64,000 nt of DNA from positions 5,022,001 through 5,086,000 of the forward strand of contig NC_092674.1 of the NCBI RefSeq assembly GCF_964355755.1. The letters are read 5' to 3'. Within the stretch, counting starts at the first letter, position 1. Every line of letters starts with the position of its first letter. The notes below the pieces were generated by a model. It ran no database searches and was not told the origin of the DNA. It was given only the letters and a program-made list of their open reading frames with translations. A program made the position numbers and the translations under genes. The DNA is from Antedon mediterranea (taxonomy: Eukaryota > Animalia > Echinodermata). Of this stretch, positions 50,101 through 63,080 are shown piece after piece.

Positions 50101-52220
50101 CCACCAGAACCATGGAGCGAGTGAGCCTCGAACCCTTGCCAATGTTATGGCTACGTAATTACGGTTCCACTGTCTTAACCGCTCGGCCACTCACTCACAT
50201 AGATCATTGTGTCCAAATTTGGTTAGAATCGGATAAAAACTGTGGCCTCCAGGCTGTTCACAGACACACACACAAACACACACACAAACACACACACAAA
50301 CATACAGGGGTGAAAACATAACCTCCTTGGCGGAGGTAATTAAAGTAAAAATAAAGATTATCAGCATACATCGTATACCACGTATATGGACAACAATGCC
50401 TTACTGTATGTTAATAATGCTTTGGTATGGTTTAGACTTGAGAATTCAACTCAAAAGCAAAGATGTAAGGAGCTCACATTGCAACTGACAAACAGTAGAG
50501 AAACATTTCTTGAGGTAACTTGCTTTTTTAAAATTTTAACTTTACTTTAAGAGGCTTTCCAATTGTACAATATCAAGTTATATTCATTTGCCCTCTTATG
50601 CTCTGTCTGCACTATCAAACTATTTAACAAAAAAAAGTGATGTGCCCATATATGCACATGATGATGTCATATCACTACCATATTTGGGCATATCACACTT
50701 TTTTATGTAAAACTAGTTTGATAGTGTAAACAGAACATTAAATGCCAATTTTAAAGAAAGAAGAAATTTCACTCATTTTCGCATCGGAACGGTAAATGAA
50801 AGGTTGATTTAATGTTCAATACTTTTAAATGGTATTCGTTGGAAATGATGAAATATGCATTTTTTTCAGGCTGAACACAAGCTGGCAGAACTGTCTGACA
50901 TAAACAAAAAGTTGCATCAAAAAATTACTGATTCAGAAAACAGGGTTGCAGATTCTTCAAAAAAAGTGATATAATCTATTTAAATTTTTGTTTATAATAG
51001 AACTTTCTTATGTTAAAATTCAAAATAATTTGCAATGATGATAACTGTTGGTGTATATAGGTGCATTTTTGGTTGGCGGTTTTTGAAAACCTCCATTTTA
51101 GTTTCAATATAGATTGGAGCTGTAGCTTAATAATAATAATAATAATAATAATAAATAGTATTTATATAGCGCCTAATGGATCACTGACCCCTCTAGCTTG
51201 GTGGTTAACATCCCAAGGTCTGGGGTTCAATCCTGACATAGTGCCAGGGTTGTAACTCACGACTCTTTCAACACCACTTCCTAAGCCTCAAATAAGACTC
51301 GGTTTATAAGCACGATAAATTACAAAAATAGTTTATCCATCCTGTAATTGGTGACTTACTCACTGTTGGATGCGTATGAAATAAAAAAATATATATAAAC
51401 ACTTTTATTTCGTATCTAGAATCTATTGTTATTTGCAAGATCAGAGATTGTTTAAGTAATAAATTGAGTTGAATAATTAATAAATTAAATAAAATTACTA
51501 ATAATTGTAGAATATTGATTGAGATGATGCATCTTATTTGCAGGTTTCAGAACACATGGCTCGTGAGAGACGAATCTTACAAGAAAAGACATATCTCCAG
51601 AGGGAGCTAGACAAATTTAAATTGGAAAATTCTAGAACATCAAGGTATTCAAGTTTATTAATTGTACCAAGCGGTGTGTTTTTTTTCATAAAAATTAGTT
51701 GTAAACACTAATACATTATACTAATATTTTTTTAAGAATAGTTCTTGGGCTGGCCCAAGTTATGGTCGTTGCACAGATTCTAACTTAGGTTGCCCAGACG
51801 CTGAACTAAGTTCCCCTGGTGGTGGCCTAAGTTCCTCAGGTCCTGGCCTAAGTTCCCCAGGTGCAGGCATGAGTTCCCCAGGTGCTGGCATGAGTTCCCC
51901 AGATGCTGGCATAAGTTCCCCAGGTGCTGGCCTAAGTTCCCTAGGTGCTGGCATAAGGTCCCCAGACACTGGCCTGAGTTTCTCAGGTTTGTGCAAGTCT
52001 TTTTTAAAGAGTTTATTTCCAACCATACAAAACAAATTGGGGTTGTAAGAAACAAATGCTCTTTTTTTCATCTAGGCTGCCAGAATTTGTAAGAAACACA
52101 CAGAATGATGCAGCGTTTGATCTAGGGTTATCCAGACGATATAAGGGCAGCGCAACATCTGTTGGGTCAGCGAGGTCATCAGTGGGAAGTGGAAGGTCAA
52201 CGCCAGAATTCGCCCTCTAG
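38166..52220 (+). CDS. SCLT1: Sodium channel and clathrin linker 1 (centriolar distal-appendage coiled-coil protein), 19 coding exons
   Basis: Exons 38166-38202, 38541-38608, 39175-39558, 40652-40702, 41221-41286, 42086-42247, 46134-46225, 46604-46690, 46966-47057, 47169-47339, 47574-47648, 47856-47998, 48116-48308, 48730-~48866, 49114-49173, 50436-50514, 50870-50965, 51544-51644, 52076-52220. The N-terminus EIEFLRDQVQRL..ELRKYQ...LSPLVAEYDK...LVDENNKLRSELK...NLQRQLQ...EK....EMWQ matches the SCLT1 family pattern (EIDFLREQ, LAPLVTEYDK, ENERLHSELK, ELWQ). Confidence 0.9.
40056..40450 (-). mobile_element. Family B SINE copy with a different 3' tail
   Basis: 40229-40450 is the reverse complement of the head and core of 27238-27470; 40056-40228 is an unrelated tail. 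Confidence 0.8.
40833..41140 (+). mobile_element. Family A tRNA-SINE with an internally tandem-duplicated B-box segment
   Basis: Head gtggagctgtagcttggagg, about 5 repeats of (gg)ttcaatcctgacctagtgcca, tail atccatcct...attgg...tatgaaac plus A-run. Confidence 0.72.
41417..41710 (+). mobile_element. Diverged family B SINE
   Basis: tggctgagcagtta...ggataaggacta..taggtccagtgtacac...agtagggggttacccc, with an (aaat)n tail. Confidence 0.65.
42282..45468. mobile_element. 3.2-kb foldback element with ~0.9-1.1-kb inverted arms and a TA target duplication
   Basis: ta|gtccaggagtattagac ... gtctaatactcctggac|ta. The arms (42282-~43200 and ~44340-45468) are reverse complements, each built from ~310-bp tandem subunits. 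No transposase ORF. Confidence 0.88.
45472..45802. mobile_element. MITE family M copy with an expanded internal 21-bp repeat (gtgcccaaatatggtagtgat)
   Basis: TIR agctttgtctacactatcaaact ... agtttgatagtgtagagc, about 10 internal 21-bp units. Confidence 0.85.
46255..46450 (+). mobile_element. Family A tRNA-SINE, degenerate
   Basis: gagtggagttgtggctttt...gggtcctgggttgaagtc...ccactcccaaaga...ctttgtttgtgtagag, similar to 14028-14200. Confidence 0.7.
48430..48567. mobile_element. MITE family M copy (a second partial copy follows at ~48578-48690)
   Basis: agctct...actatcaa / tttgatagtgtagacagagct|taa. Confidence 0.75.
49437..50342 (-). mobile_element. Helentron-like (HINE) element containing a nested family B SINE and a tRNA-like fragment
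   Basis: On the minus strand: 5' attacctccgccaaggaggttatgtttt + (tgtt/tgtg)n + tgtctgt, and 3' ggcggaggtttgtactctcggagtaccctctagtt (subterminal inverted repeat plus 3' hairpin). Confidence 0.78.
49886..50198 (-). mobile_element. Family B SINE, full length, nested in the HINE
   Basis: Reverse complement nearly identical to 27238-27557, including the tail ctgggagaccagtctttgactgaagaggttacccagtataaat. Confidence 0.88.
51114..51390 (+). mobile_element. Family A tRNA-SINE, interrupted by an (AAT)n-containing insert
   Basis: tggagctgtagctt...tagcttggtggtt...ggggttcaatcctgac...atccatcctgtaattgg...tgttggatgcgtatgaaataaaaaaa. Confidence 0.7.
51780..51985. repeat. 21-bp GC-rich minisatellite (aagttccccaggtgctggcct) in the last SCLT1 intron
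   Basis: About 9 tandem units; it generates the PAPGELM ORF. Confidence 0.88.
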
Positions 52221-53408
52221 GATCAGTATAAATTTTATAAACTTTTCTTGCCATCGATCGAAATATTGTCTCTCTGCCTCAAATACTTCATTTTCAAAGT
52301 GCGATCATACAAACTTTATTCATTCGTTTTTATCCAGGTTGAATGGTGATTTTGAAAGAAATTTTGTTTGCTTTACCTTGATAATATACACATTGAACAA
52401 ACAAAACATTCCATTTTTATTGTTGTTTGTAAATACATTTTTCAATTTTTATTACATTACTTATTTTAAATTTTTTACTATATATTTGTAAATATCTTTA
52501 AATTAATAATTTTTAATATTAATTTAAAGAGTTTTTCCCGAAAATAATAAATTTAATTCTACTCTGGTCTAATGACATTTTGATAAAATTGCTAAACAGG
52601 ACATTGAAACAATGCATATTCAACCGGCAATTTACATATTCAACAGCCAATTGCATATTCAACAGCCAATTTGCATATTTTGAATTGTGTACACATCTTA
52701 AAGACTTGCTTGATTTGACGTGCTTACTCTATATTATTATAAAGTGAATAATTCTAAAGCTGTCTACACTATCAAACTAGTTTGAGAAAAGAGTGTGATG
52801 TGCCCAAATAATATGGTAATTTCATTTCATCTTTTATTTCGGAAAAAAGAATACAAAGTACAAAATTCTCCATGGCACAAAAATATGGTAGTGATATGAC
52901 ATCATCATGTCCATGTATGCGCACATCACATTTTTTGTTACATTAAGTTTTATAGTGTAGACAGAGCTTTACATATTCCAAATTAAAACTAATGAAATAA
53001 ACTTTAAATAATAATTAAATATAATAATTCTAAAAATGAATTGATGTGATAAATAATTAAAACGAACAATAAAGTTATAACAGTAAACGTTTATATATTT
53101 GTATTTCTATATTAATTTTAGAGAGTACTGTTGCATGATGGGTAAAAATGAGTAATTTCCTGTGTCAAGTTGTGATAATTAACTAATTTCATTTTAACAC
53201 CAAGAACTTGTTTTTGGAAGTAGGGGTAATTAATCAATTTTAAAATTCTTTATTTTTAATTGGAAAAATGTCAAACATAGGAAACAGAAAACCTCAAAAT
53301 GTTATTTCAATTAAGACGATGTATATAGGTTGGTTACGTTTTTAATCCAGTGGGGAAGTAAGGGGTTGGTTATTTTAGTTGTCAAAACGGGTGAACACAC
53401 TCTCCTAA

Positions 53409-53568
53409 AGCTCTGTCTACACTATCAAACTATTTTGACAAAGAATGTGTGATGTGCCCAAATATGATAGTGATATTCCCAAAAATGGTAGTAACATGAC
53501 ATCATCATTTCCATATATGGGCACATCACATTTTTTGTCACATAAAGTTTGATAGCGTAGACAAAGCT
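53409..53568. mobile_element. MITE family M copy (Harbinger-like, TAA TSD)
   Basis: taa|agctctgtctacactatcaaact...agtttgatagcgtagacaaagct|taa. Confidence 0.88.
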
Positions 53569-53713
53569 TAAGGCACCCCTGGAATTGAAATCATATTTCA
53601 CCAAATATAAAATGCCTGTCCCAAATTCAGATTTTTAAAGTAAATCAAACCAGGTACATTTGTGTTGAGTGTAGCTGTTTTAAACATGTTTAGTTTTATA
53701 GTTAATCAGTTAA

Positions 53714-53862
53714 AGCTCTGTCTACACTATCAAACTAGTTTGTTTGTGATGTGCCCAAATATGGAGTGATTTGCTCAAATATGGTAGTGATATGACATCA
53801 TGTCCATATATGGGCACATCACATTTTTTTGTCACATCAAATTTGATAGTGTAGACAGAGCT
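53714..53862. mobile_element. MITE family M copy (TAA TSD)
   Basis: taa|agctctgtctacactatcaaa...tttgatagtgtagacagagct|taa. Further copies at ~45930, 46770, 50600, 52758, 56025 and 60669. Confidence 0.88.
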
Positions 53863-56800
53863 TAAAATGTATTAATTTTTTTTAATGAAAATTTAAATTC
53901 TGTTCAATCCACTTAAAATTTAAATAAATAAATAAATAAATGTATTCGTTAAATTAACAAAATTAATTGGTTTTTTTTTTATCTCAAATCAAGCTATACA
54001 CATGTAATATCATTTTTTCCATTTGTCCAACAAATTCGCTCTACTTATTATATATTCCTGAAGAATGCTTTTTGCATATAGGAAGTGATTGATTAATGTA
54101 AAGGCGATATTTCAACTCTGTATCATATTTTGTATTGTTCAGTCAATGGATTCTAAGGATGAATATGTTATTCTTACTTACTGCTGATTGCTTTCTCCAA
54201 GTCATTACAAAAACATCAATACCTAATTATTATGGAATATTCCATTTTCATATAGGTATGTACTAAAGCGAATTTGTGTGTGGTATTTTTGCATTCAATT
54301 TGCTAATATTTGCTTAATATTAAAGACATACCAGTATTTTGTATTGGAATATATAGGACATTTAATTAGTATGTTATTAATAGTATTTTTTTTCTTCCAA
54401 TAATTGTTGCATATAAATATGTGTAATAAATAAAACTCTATAGGCCTAATAGGTAATATATGGTTGTTCTATACAACAATTATTATATTTTATAAGCCTA
54501 GGATGGTAGTCACAATAAAATAGATCAATTCAATATTTCAATTAATTAATTAATTATTATTAATTAATTACAATTTTTATTTTATTTATTCAAATTCTAG
54601 CATCCCTGAAATAAAATTTGTATGAATAATGAATTTAATAAATATATTTTGGTTTCTTTTTAGAAGCTATGTAGATGGATGGCGATGAATGGATGGACAG
54701 TAGTAGGCCTACTTTTAATAGAGGATATTAATATTTTATTGAGTTTTTTAAAAGAATAGAATTTATAAAATTGTTAAGAAAAAATGAAAAAGCATAAACC
54801 ATACAAAATGCCAAAAATAAATAAAAACGAATATTTAAAAAGGAAAAAAAAAATCAGAAAAGAGAATTACTAAACCAATAATCAAAAATTAAATATTTAT
54901 ATTGTTGATTTATGGAGTGTAATGTTTTTATATTCACATACGCATGCATGAATATTGTATCAGCATTCCTGGTTGTTGTATTCATTTATTTGACAGATGA
55001 ATGCCACGCTCCACTGCACATCCAATGTGTGAAGGAACACTAGTAGAAGATACAGTGTTCTAAGACTGCATACATACACGATATTGACTGCATGCCTCAG
55101 TATCATTAGGCGAGTCTTCATTGATATTAGCAGGGTATTCGGATGTTAAGCTTTCGGTAATCATGGCTAATTCATACGGCTTTCCCCCGGAGAACTAACA
55201 TTATAATTCAAAGAAAAACCAGCGAGCATGAACATTGATGTAAGAAAACGGTGAGTCATTTTTTTTTTCTTCATATCTTCGTATCTCTGTTTAAGTATAA
55301 ATAATTGAAATAATAACTTGCGCTTTCTTTGGTGTTATCATAATAATAATAATATAATAACAAATATGTTTGTATTTTATTATCTGTATGGTATGCGTTT
55401 AATATCCAATACTCTATTCAAAAGTTATATTACATAATTTATACATATTTTTAAATATAATTACTTCCAGTCTTTTATTACTGCTTGGGTAATAATATTT
55501 TACAATATCAAATTTTATTTTTTTTTAAGTTTATGTATTGACATTATTTATCTGTTGCATACTAAAAATATATATATTTACACTGTACTATATTTTATAC
55601 TACAGTACGTTTGAAAGGACACCTTTGGGTCCCAACTAAGTGTCCCTTTAATAGAAGTGTCCATACATATATATATATATAGCAGACGGTCCGAGTTCGA
55701 GTCTCGGTTGGGGCGACTTTTTCTCATTCTCCCAGATTTCCTCATCTTTATCGTTTCAAAAATTAATTAAATAATTTTCAGTGTATCACCGGGCGGTTTG
55801 GAATTTATTTCTATGCCTGTTGTGTTTATATATATATATAGTGTTATATGTTTTCCCCTGTTTGTTTCACAAGAAATTGTTCCCTTACAAGGGAATCTCC
55901 TGAAGAAGGGTTTCCCAAAGGAGGGGTTCTATGGTACTGGGTATCTTAAAATATTTAAACCTTTTGAAGATTTGACTTCTTGCAATTTTCTATTCACAGT
56001 TTGTACAGTATAAGCAATTTCTTAAGCTCATGTCACGTCTACACTATCAAACTTGTTTGACAAAAAAAGTGTGATGTGCCCAAATATGGTATTGATATTT
56101 CCAAATATGGTGGTGATATGACATCATCATGTCCATATGGGCACATCATATTTTTTGTCACATAGTTTGATAGTGTAGACAGAGCTTTAGAATTGATGTG
56201 TCCGACAACAGCTTATTTTCCTGTTATAAATATTATTTTACATTTTTCTAAACTTTCTGTATTAATTACATTATTAATGCAATATACATCTCATACAGTA
56301 CAACCACTTGTTTATGAAATAGCTAGGTTTTAATTAAAGAATGACTCATCATTATAATGTAAGGAGAGTAATTATTCCAGAAGGAATGATGTTATTAGAA
56401 TTATATGCTAATCACAAAATAAATGATCTTAGTGGTAGTGCTCATATTAATCATAATGTTATGAACATTGTTTAAAAGTGATATTTTTTAAAAAATTATC
56501 AAAATTTGAATTTATGACAAATCATCTCATAATATTACCTTTTCATTGTTTTCAGTATTTCTAATTGTTTTTTTACTTTTTTTAATAATGGTGCTTGTAC
56601 ATGTTTTCTTTGAGTTTGTGAGCTTGTCACTAGCTGTTGTTTAGGTCATCTTCAATATACAAGGTTTATTATTACCCCATGGTTTAATTAATTAGAAATT
56701 AAAAACTGTCAATTGTAAACTTAAGTATAATAAATATATATTTGGCAGAATTTGATGTGATCCTCACTTAGTTTACACCCCTCTAAATTTGAATGCCAAT

Positions 56801-59434
56801 ATTAAACCGCATTCTCATTTTAAAATGTCCATTCTGAAATATTGTGATAGGCTAAGAAGTAGGTATGTTCATATTCAATAATTTAGACCTCTTACACAAT
56901 GAGCGAAATGAGCAGAAAACCGCGTAGGTTGTCCCACGTAGAATCTCTATGCTCTGGGGAAAGCGCCCGTCCCCTCTGCATTTTGTGTAAATGGTCATAA
57001 GGTCGAATAACTTAGATTCTATATTTTTATTATCGTTACCGCTCATCGGTGTAAATTGACCTTTACAGTACTGTATTTCACAAATTCTTTATACACTCCC
57101 CTGAATCCTATTGGCATAATTTATTTAGTTTTGAGTTAATTATTGATGTTAATAAATTATTTGCAACGTAATTATCATACATTATTGATTCTACTCCAGA
57201 CAATCCTCTGGCTTTTGAATAATTTCTTCTTTGACATTTCAAGCCTCTGTGATTGCATTTAAGATGTTGTATACAAGATTTATTCTCAGAACGTGATTGA
57301 TTATAGAAAACAAGATTGTTAGATTAAATTAGAAAGAATCAATAGTAGAATAGATAAACTAGCTTGATAGAACTTAAATGTTTTAAATATTAAAAAGATT
57401 GTTCATGTTTCAAGTCATATACGCATGTTGATGGTGGAGTTTCAAGGTAGTTCCTGAATTCTGGGCTTAAAAAAAGCACATTTTAAAAGATTCACTTCTT
57501 GAGGTTCACATAAACCCAGTACAGTAATTTGCATTTTTTGCGTACCACCCTATAATTTTTATAAAAGGTCACATTCATAAAAGACCTAGATGACTAAATA
57601 TTTAACCTGTTCAAGCTTAGTTATTTACCTGGGTATACTTGGCAATCTACCCTGGAAAGTTGATTTACCCGGGTAAGTTGGTGATCTACCCAGCAAAGCT
57701 AATTTACCCGGTAACTTGGAGATCTATCCAGGAAAGCTAATTTACCTAGGTACGTTGGTGATATACCCAGCCGACCGACATAGTGAGCTGTAGAGTCGCG
57801 TTGTCATAAATTTTGTTGTTTTTCTGTAAATAACTGTATTATTTTTGCATACTATATTCTTGTCCTCTTCCCTATTTCCAAATTTTGCTGGTTGAAAAAA
57901 AAATTATAAATATGCAATTACTCATTCCAATTAATAGTTACTGCAGTAATGATATTATATTGTCTTTTCAAACGTATGTTTGTTTAGGGTTCATTTGTTG
58001 TTTGTTATGTATCATAATTCATAGTCAATGTAAGTAAGGTCGAATACTGTACTGTATGAATTGTACTTTTGTAGGTTAATCTCACACATCTGGTCACATG
58101 TATATTACATCAATTTGATGTCATTTAAGAATTGAAAGTACAAATGTTAGTTCACAAACATGGCCATTTAGTATCCCCATTTCCACTTTCTCTGGAAAAA
58201 TATTAGAAACAAGTGTCATATGGGGTCTATATATCCACAGAGATGTAGCTAAGAAAGTGTAGTGTGTCAAAAGAGGTAAGGGTGGTTGGGAAAACAATAT
58301 AACAGTACTTCCAGGTATCTGAGCGTCCTTTGGTGGAAGCTGTGGTAATATTAGGCTGGGTGTAAGACCTAAAAATAAGCTGGATTGTGTGATTTCATCT
58401 GTGCATATGATTTCAATCAATGGCATTAAAGAATGCATGTTTCAAATATTGCGTGATTCCATTAATGCCATTTTCAAATATCTTAAATATGAGACAAGAT
58501 ACCAAATACCAGACAGGTCTAATCATGGCTTAATGAAACACAGGCATTTCTTTTAATTGGAATCAATTAAAAGTTGCTTTTATCAGATTGTGAAATCTCC
58601 TTATTAACCAGCAGAAGTTTGTCTTGTTACAGTAGAATAATTATTTGTATCATAATAATACTGTATGGAAGTGCGTACAAGTTTCAGTGCACAAGAAGAT
58701 TTATAAAATTTATAAATCAGAATTAAATAAAATATAAAAATGAAAAACAAATTTGGATAAACTTTAAGCTTTAACAAATTAACATATTCTCTCCCAAAAT
58801 TTTATTTAAATGCATGATTTAATTGCATTTGATAACTGCTATTCTGGTGGAACCTGACATGTCAATATTTAGTTAGTGTTAATCCCTTAACATGCGGCCA
58901 GGGACCATCTTAGAAAATCTTCATACCCACCTCCTCATTCAAAAAACGCATAATGTTATTGACAGCATATATTGCTGTAATGTGATTCATATTCTCCTGC
59001 AATGAGAGTCATTACCAAATTGGTGTTGTCTCGCAAAATCGAAGAATTTAATTAGTTCCGCGCACGAGACACTGTCTGGTTATTGTCACATTTTAAATTC
59101 ATCATGGAATCTGGATTAATAAGAGAGATTGTAAGTCTTTCTTAATGGTCATTTAGACTCATAATGGAGGTAGGATTTCATTCAGAGGTCTGGAGTTGAT
59201 CGGGAAAATGTGTTTTTAAAATTACTCATACAAGTAAAAGCTTGATTATTTTTTCTTTATTATTTTTCTTAATCTATGTGGCACGTAAACATTTTAGTTT
59301 CAGCAGCGTAATTGTATGATATACTAAACGTAATTTTACTGTATGGGTTTTTTTGAAAGTAATATTGTAGTACCTGTATGTGTATATACAGAGTACTATA
59401 CTGTCAAATATGTATTAAAGTACAACCCATTTCT

Positions 59435-59840
59435 GGGACACCCCTATTCAACTGACACCCCTATTCAACTGACACCCCTATTCAGGGGATACCCCTATTT
59501 AAGGGACACCCCTATTTAAGGGACACCCCTATTTAAGGGACACCCCTATTCAACTGACACCCCTATTCAGGGGACACCCCTATTTAAGGGACACCCCTAT
59601 TCAACTGACACCCCTATTCAACTGACACCCCTATTCAACTGACACCCCTATTCAGGGGACACCCCTATTTAAGGGACACCCCTATTCAACTGACACCCCT
59701 ATTCAACTGACACCCCTATTCAACTGACACCCCTATTCAGGGGACACCCCTATTTAAGGGACACCCCTATTCAAGGGACACCCCTATTCAAGGGACACCC
59801 CTATTCAAGGGACACCCATATTCAAGGGACACCCCTACAT
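59435..59840. repeat. 17/18-bp minisatellite (gacacccctatt-caact/-taaggg/-cagggg), probably amplified inside a Tc1/mariner-type MITE ending aggttccacagta at ~59965
   Basis: About 22 tandem units; the right flank cccctaatagaggttccacag|ta resembles a CAGTGGAACC-type TIR. Confidence 0.85.
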
Positions 59841-61269
59841 GTATGAGGGAATATTTTGAATGTGAAATTAACCAAGGACAAAATATGTTTTTTAATGGCC
59901 AACCCATATTCAGAAGACACCGTTTTGGGTCTTGAAGCTGTCCCCCTAATAGAGGTTCCACAGTATTATAAATAACATATCGTTTTTCAAGAAGTTTTGC
60001 TGAAGCCACCGTTTTTGTGTACCTGGTTGAATTTATTCATTCAGTAGTTTATTTTAAAATTATAATATGAAATTATATTGCAATATTGATTGTTTTGTTA
60101 CTTACTGGTTTATGGTTTTCAAACATGGTATTAATTCATTGTATTGTTTCAGTTTGTCAGGATGTGGTATTTTTGTATCCACACTGGCACATTTTAGATG
60201 ATCATATGAAAAATACTGTATAAAGATTCAATTGTTTGTAGCCAACGCAGATATTTTGGTTTGGCGTTCTTTCCCAAATTTGTCTTGGCCACCAGTGGGC
60301 TTGCATTGGACTATCTATCAAAGCTGTGATAGGTTGATTAATTTATATTTAATAATACAGTAGTAATATTCATAACTTTAATTTTCATATTTTCGTTTCA
60401 GGTTCTCAGATATTTATAAACATTGTCATGTGGCTTTATAATTATTGAATTATTAAAATGTTACTTAATGGCTCTAATTTTGTTTTCATACAGAAATTCT
60501 TGTGTGTAAATCCTTTATTTTGGGATCGTCATAGACGTCAAATAAAGTAATCCATCACAAATAGGTAAGGAATATGTTTTTAAATTGATGAATAAACTTT
60601 AATAATATTTGAGCATATATTATTTAAGTTTGGTAAAATGTATATACTGTAAGTAATACACGTTTTAAGCTCTGTCAAACTTTATGTGACAAAAAATGTG
60701 ATGTGCCCATATATGGACATGATGATGTCATATCAATACCATATTTGAGCATATCCCTACCATATTTGGGCACATCACTTGTTTGTCAAACTTATAGTTT
60801 GATAATGTAGACAGAGCTTTAGGTGAGATAAGCAAGTTATTATTATAGTAAGAGCAGTTTTACTAATGTTTGTGACTGATCTCATAAAACATCTTTAGTA
60901 CTAAAAGTCTACTAAACATGCAATTCTGTAGCAACATCAATTACATGATGTTACTAAAACAATAAATAAAATGTATGACTCTGGTAGTTATTTCTCAGAA
61001 AGAATTGATTAATTGTTTAATTCCAACATAAAACTCTAAATACTTCTTCAAAGAACTTTAGAAATATTTTTTACAAACATCAATTTTGTTGATACACACA
61101 TAACTTATTTTGTTTTCGTTAAAACAACATTTGATACCTCTACTCTACTATAATTATACTTTCCAATATTTGACAGAAGCAGATCTAGGGACAGCAGCGG
61201 GAGAGCACTAGAGACTATGTTAGATTAGTATTGTTAGTATTTTTTTATTAAAGAAAATTTCATTTATTT

Positions 61270-63080
61270 TCTATCTTTTCTACATTTCCTTCCTTTTCTT
61301 TCTTTTCTTCCTTTTCTAAATTTTTGTTTTCTACATTTTCTTCCTTTTCCTTCCTTTTCTACATTTTCTTCCTTTTCTACCTTTTTTTCCTTTTCTTTCT
61401 TTTCTTCCTTTTCTTTCTTTTCTTCCTTTTCTTCCTTTTCTTTTTTCCCTCCTTTTCTTCCTTTTCTTTCTTTTCTTTCTTTTCTTCCTTTTCTTTCTTT
61501 TCTTCCTTATCTACCTTTCCTTCCTCTTCCTTTTTTTTCTTTTCCTTCTTTTCTTCCTTTTCTACCTTTTCTACATTTTCTTACTTTTCTTCCTTTTCTA
61601 CATTTTTTTTCTCTTCTTCCTTATCTACCTTTCCTTCCTCTTCCTTTTCTTTCATTTCTTCCTTATCTACCTTTCCTTCCTCTTCCTCTTCCTTTTCTTT
61701 CTTATCTACCTTTCCTTCCTCTTCCTTTTCTTTCTTTTCTTCCTTATCTACCTTTCCTTCCTCTTCCTCTTCCTTTTCTTTCTTTTCTTCCTTATCTACC
61801 TTTCCTTCCTCTTCCTTTTCTTTCTTTTCTTCCTTATCTACCTTTCCTTCCTCTTCCTTTTCTTTCTTTTCTTCCTTATCTACCTTTCCTTCCTCTTCCT
61901 TTTCTTTCTTTTCCTTCTTTTCTTCCTTTTCTACATTTTCTTACTTTTCTTCCTTTTCTACATTTTCTTTCGCTTCTTCCTTATCTACCTTTCTTCCTCT
62001 TCCTTTTCTTTCTTTTCTTCCTTATCTACCTTTCCTTCCTCTTCCTTTTCTTTCTTTTCTTCCTTATCTACCTTTCCTTCCTTATCTACCTTTCCTTCCT
62101 CTTCCTTTTCTTTCTCTTCTTTCTTATCTACCTTTCCTTCCTCTTCCTTTTCTTTCTTTTCTTCCTTATCTACCTTTCCTTCCTCTTCCTTTTCTTTCTT
62201 TTCTTCCTTATCTACCTTTCCTTCCTCTTCCTTTTCTTTCTTTTCTACCTTTTCTACATTTTCTTACTTTTCTTCCTTTTCTACATTTTCTTTCTCTTCT
62301 TCCTTATCTACCTTTCCTTCCTCTTCCTTTTCTTTCTTTTCTTCCTTATCTACCTTTCCTTCCTCTTCCTTTTCTTTCTTTTCTTCCTTATCTACCTTTC
62401 CTTCCTCTTCCTTTTCTTTCTTTTCCTTCTTTTCTTCCTTTTCTACCTTTTCTACATTTTCTTACTTTTCTTTCTTTTCTACATTTTCTTTCTCTTCTTC
62501 CTTATCTACCTTTCCTTCCTCTTCCTTTTCTTTCTCTTCTTCCTTATCTACCTTTCCTTCCTCTTCCTTTTCTTTCTTTTCTACCTTATCTACCTTTCCT
62601 TCCTCTTCCTTTTCTTTCTTTTCTTCCTTATCTACCTTTCCTTCCTCTTCCTTTTCTTTCTTTTCTTCCTTATCTACCTTTCCTTCCTCTTCCTTTTCTT
62701 TCTTTTCTTCCTTATCTACCTTTCCTTCCTCTTCCTTTTCTTTCTTTTCTTCCTTATCTACCTTTCCTTCCTCTTCCTTTTCTTTCTTTTCTACCTTTTC
62801 TACATTTTCTTACTTTTCTTCCTTTTCTACATTTTCTTTCTCTTCTTCCTTATCTACCTTTCCTTCCTCTTCCTTTTCTTTCTTTTCTTCCTTATCTACC
62901 TTTCCTTCCTCTTCCTTTTCTTTCTTTTCTTCCTTATCTACCTTTCCTTCCTCTTCCTTTTCTTTCTTTTCTTCCTTATCTACCTTTTTTTCCTCTTCCT
63001 TTTCTTTCTTTTCCTCCTTTTCTTCCTTTATTTCTTTTCTTCCTTTTTTACCCTTTCTTTCCTTTCTACTATTTCTTTTC
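61270..63080. repeat. 1.8-kb polypyrimidine/polypurine tandem repeat, ~42-bp unit (ttttctttcttttcttccttatctacctttccttcctcttcc)
   Basis: Almost no G on the + strand over 1.8 kb; 14-residue periodicity in the translation. Confidence 0.95.

Noticed and set aside
51760-52071. Pro/Gly-rich PAPGELM ORF
   Set aside because: Intronic minisatellite antisense to SCLT1, with no splice or homology support.
59435-59840. Possible CRISPR array (gacacccctatt repeats)
   Set aside because: The spacers are only 5-6 nt and drawn from three or four variants; it is a minisatellite.
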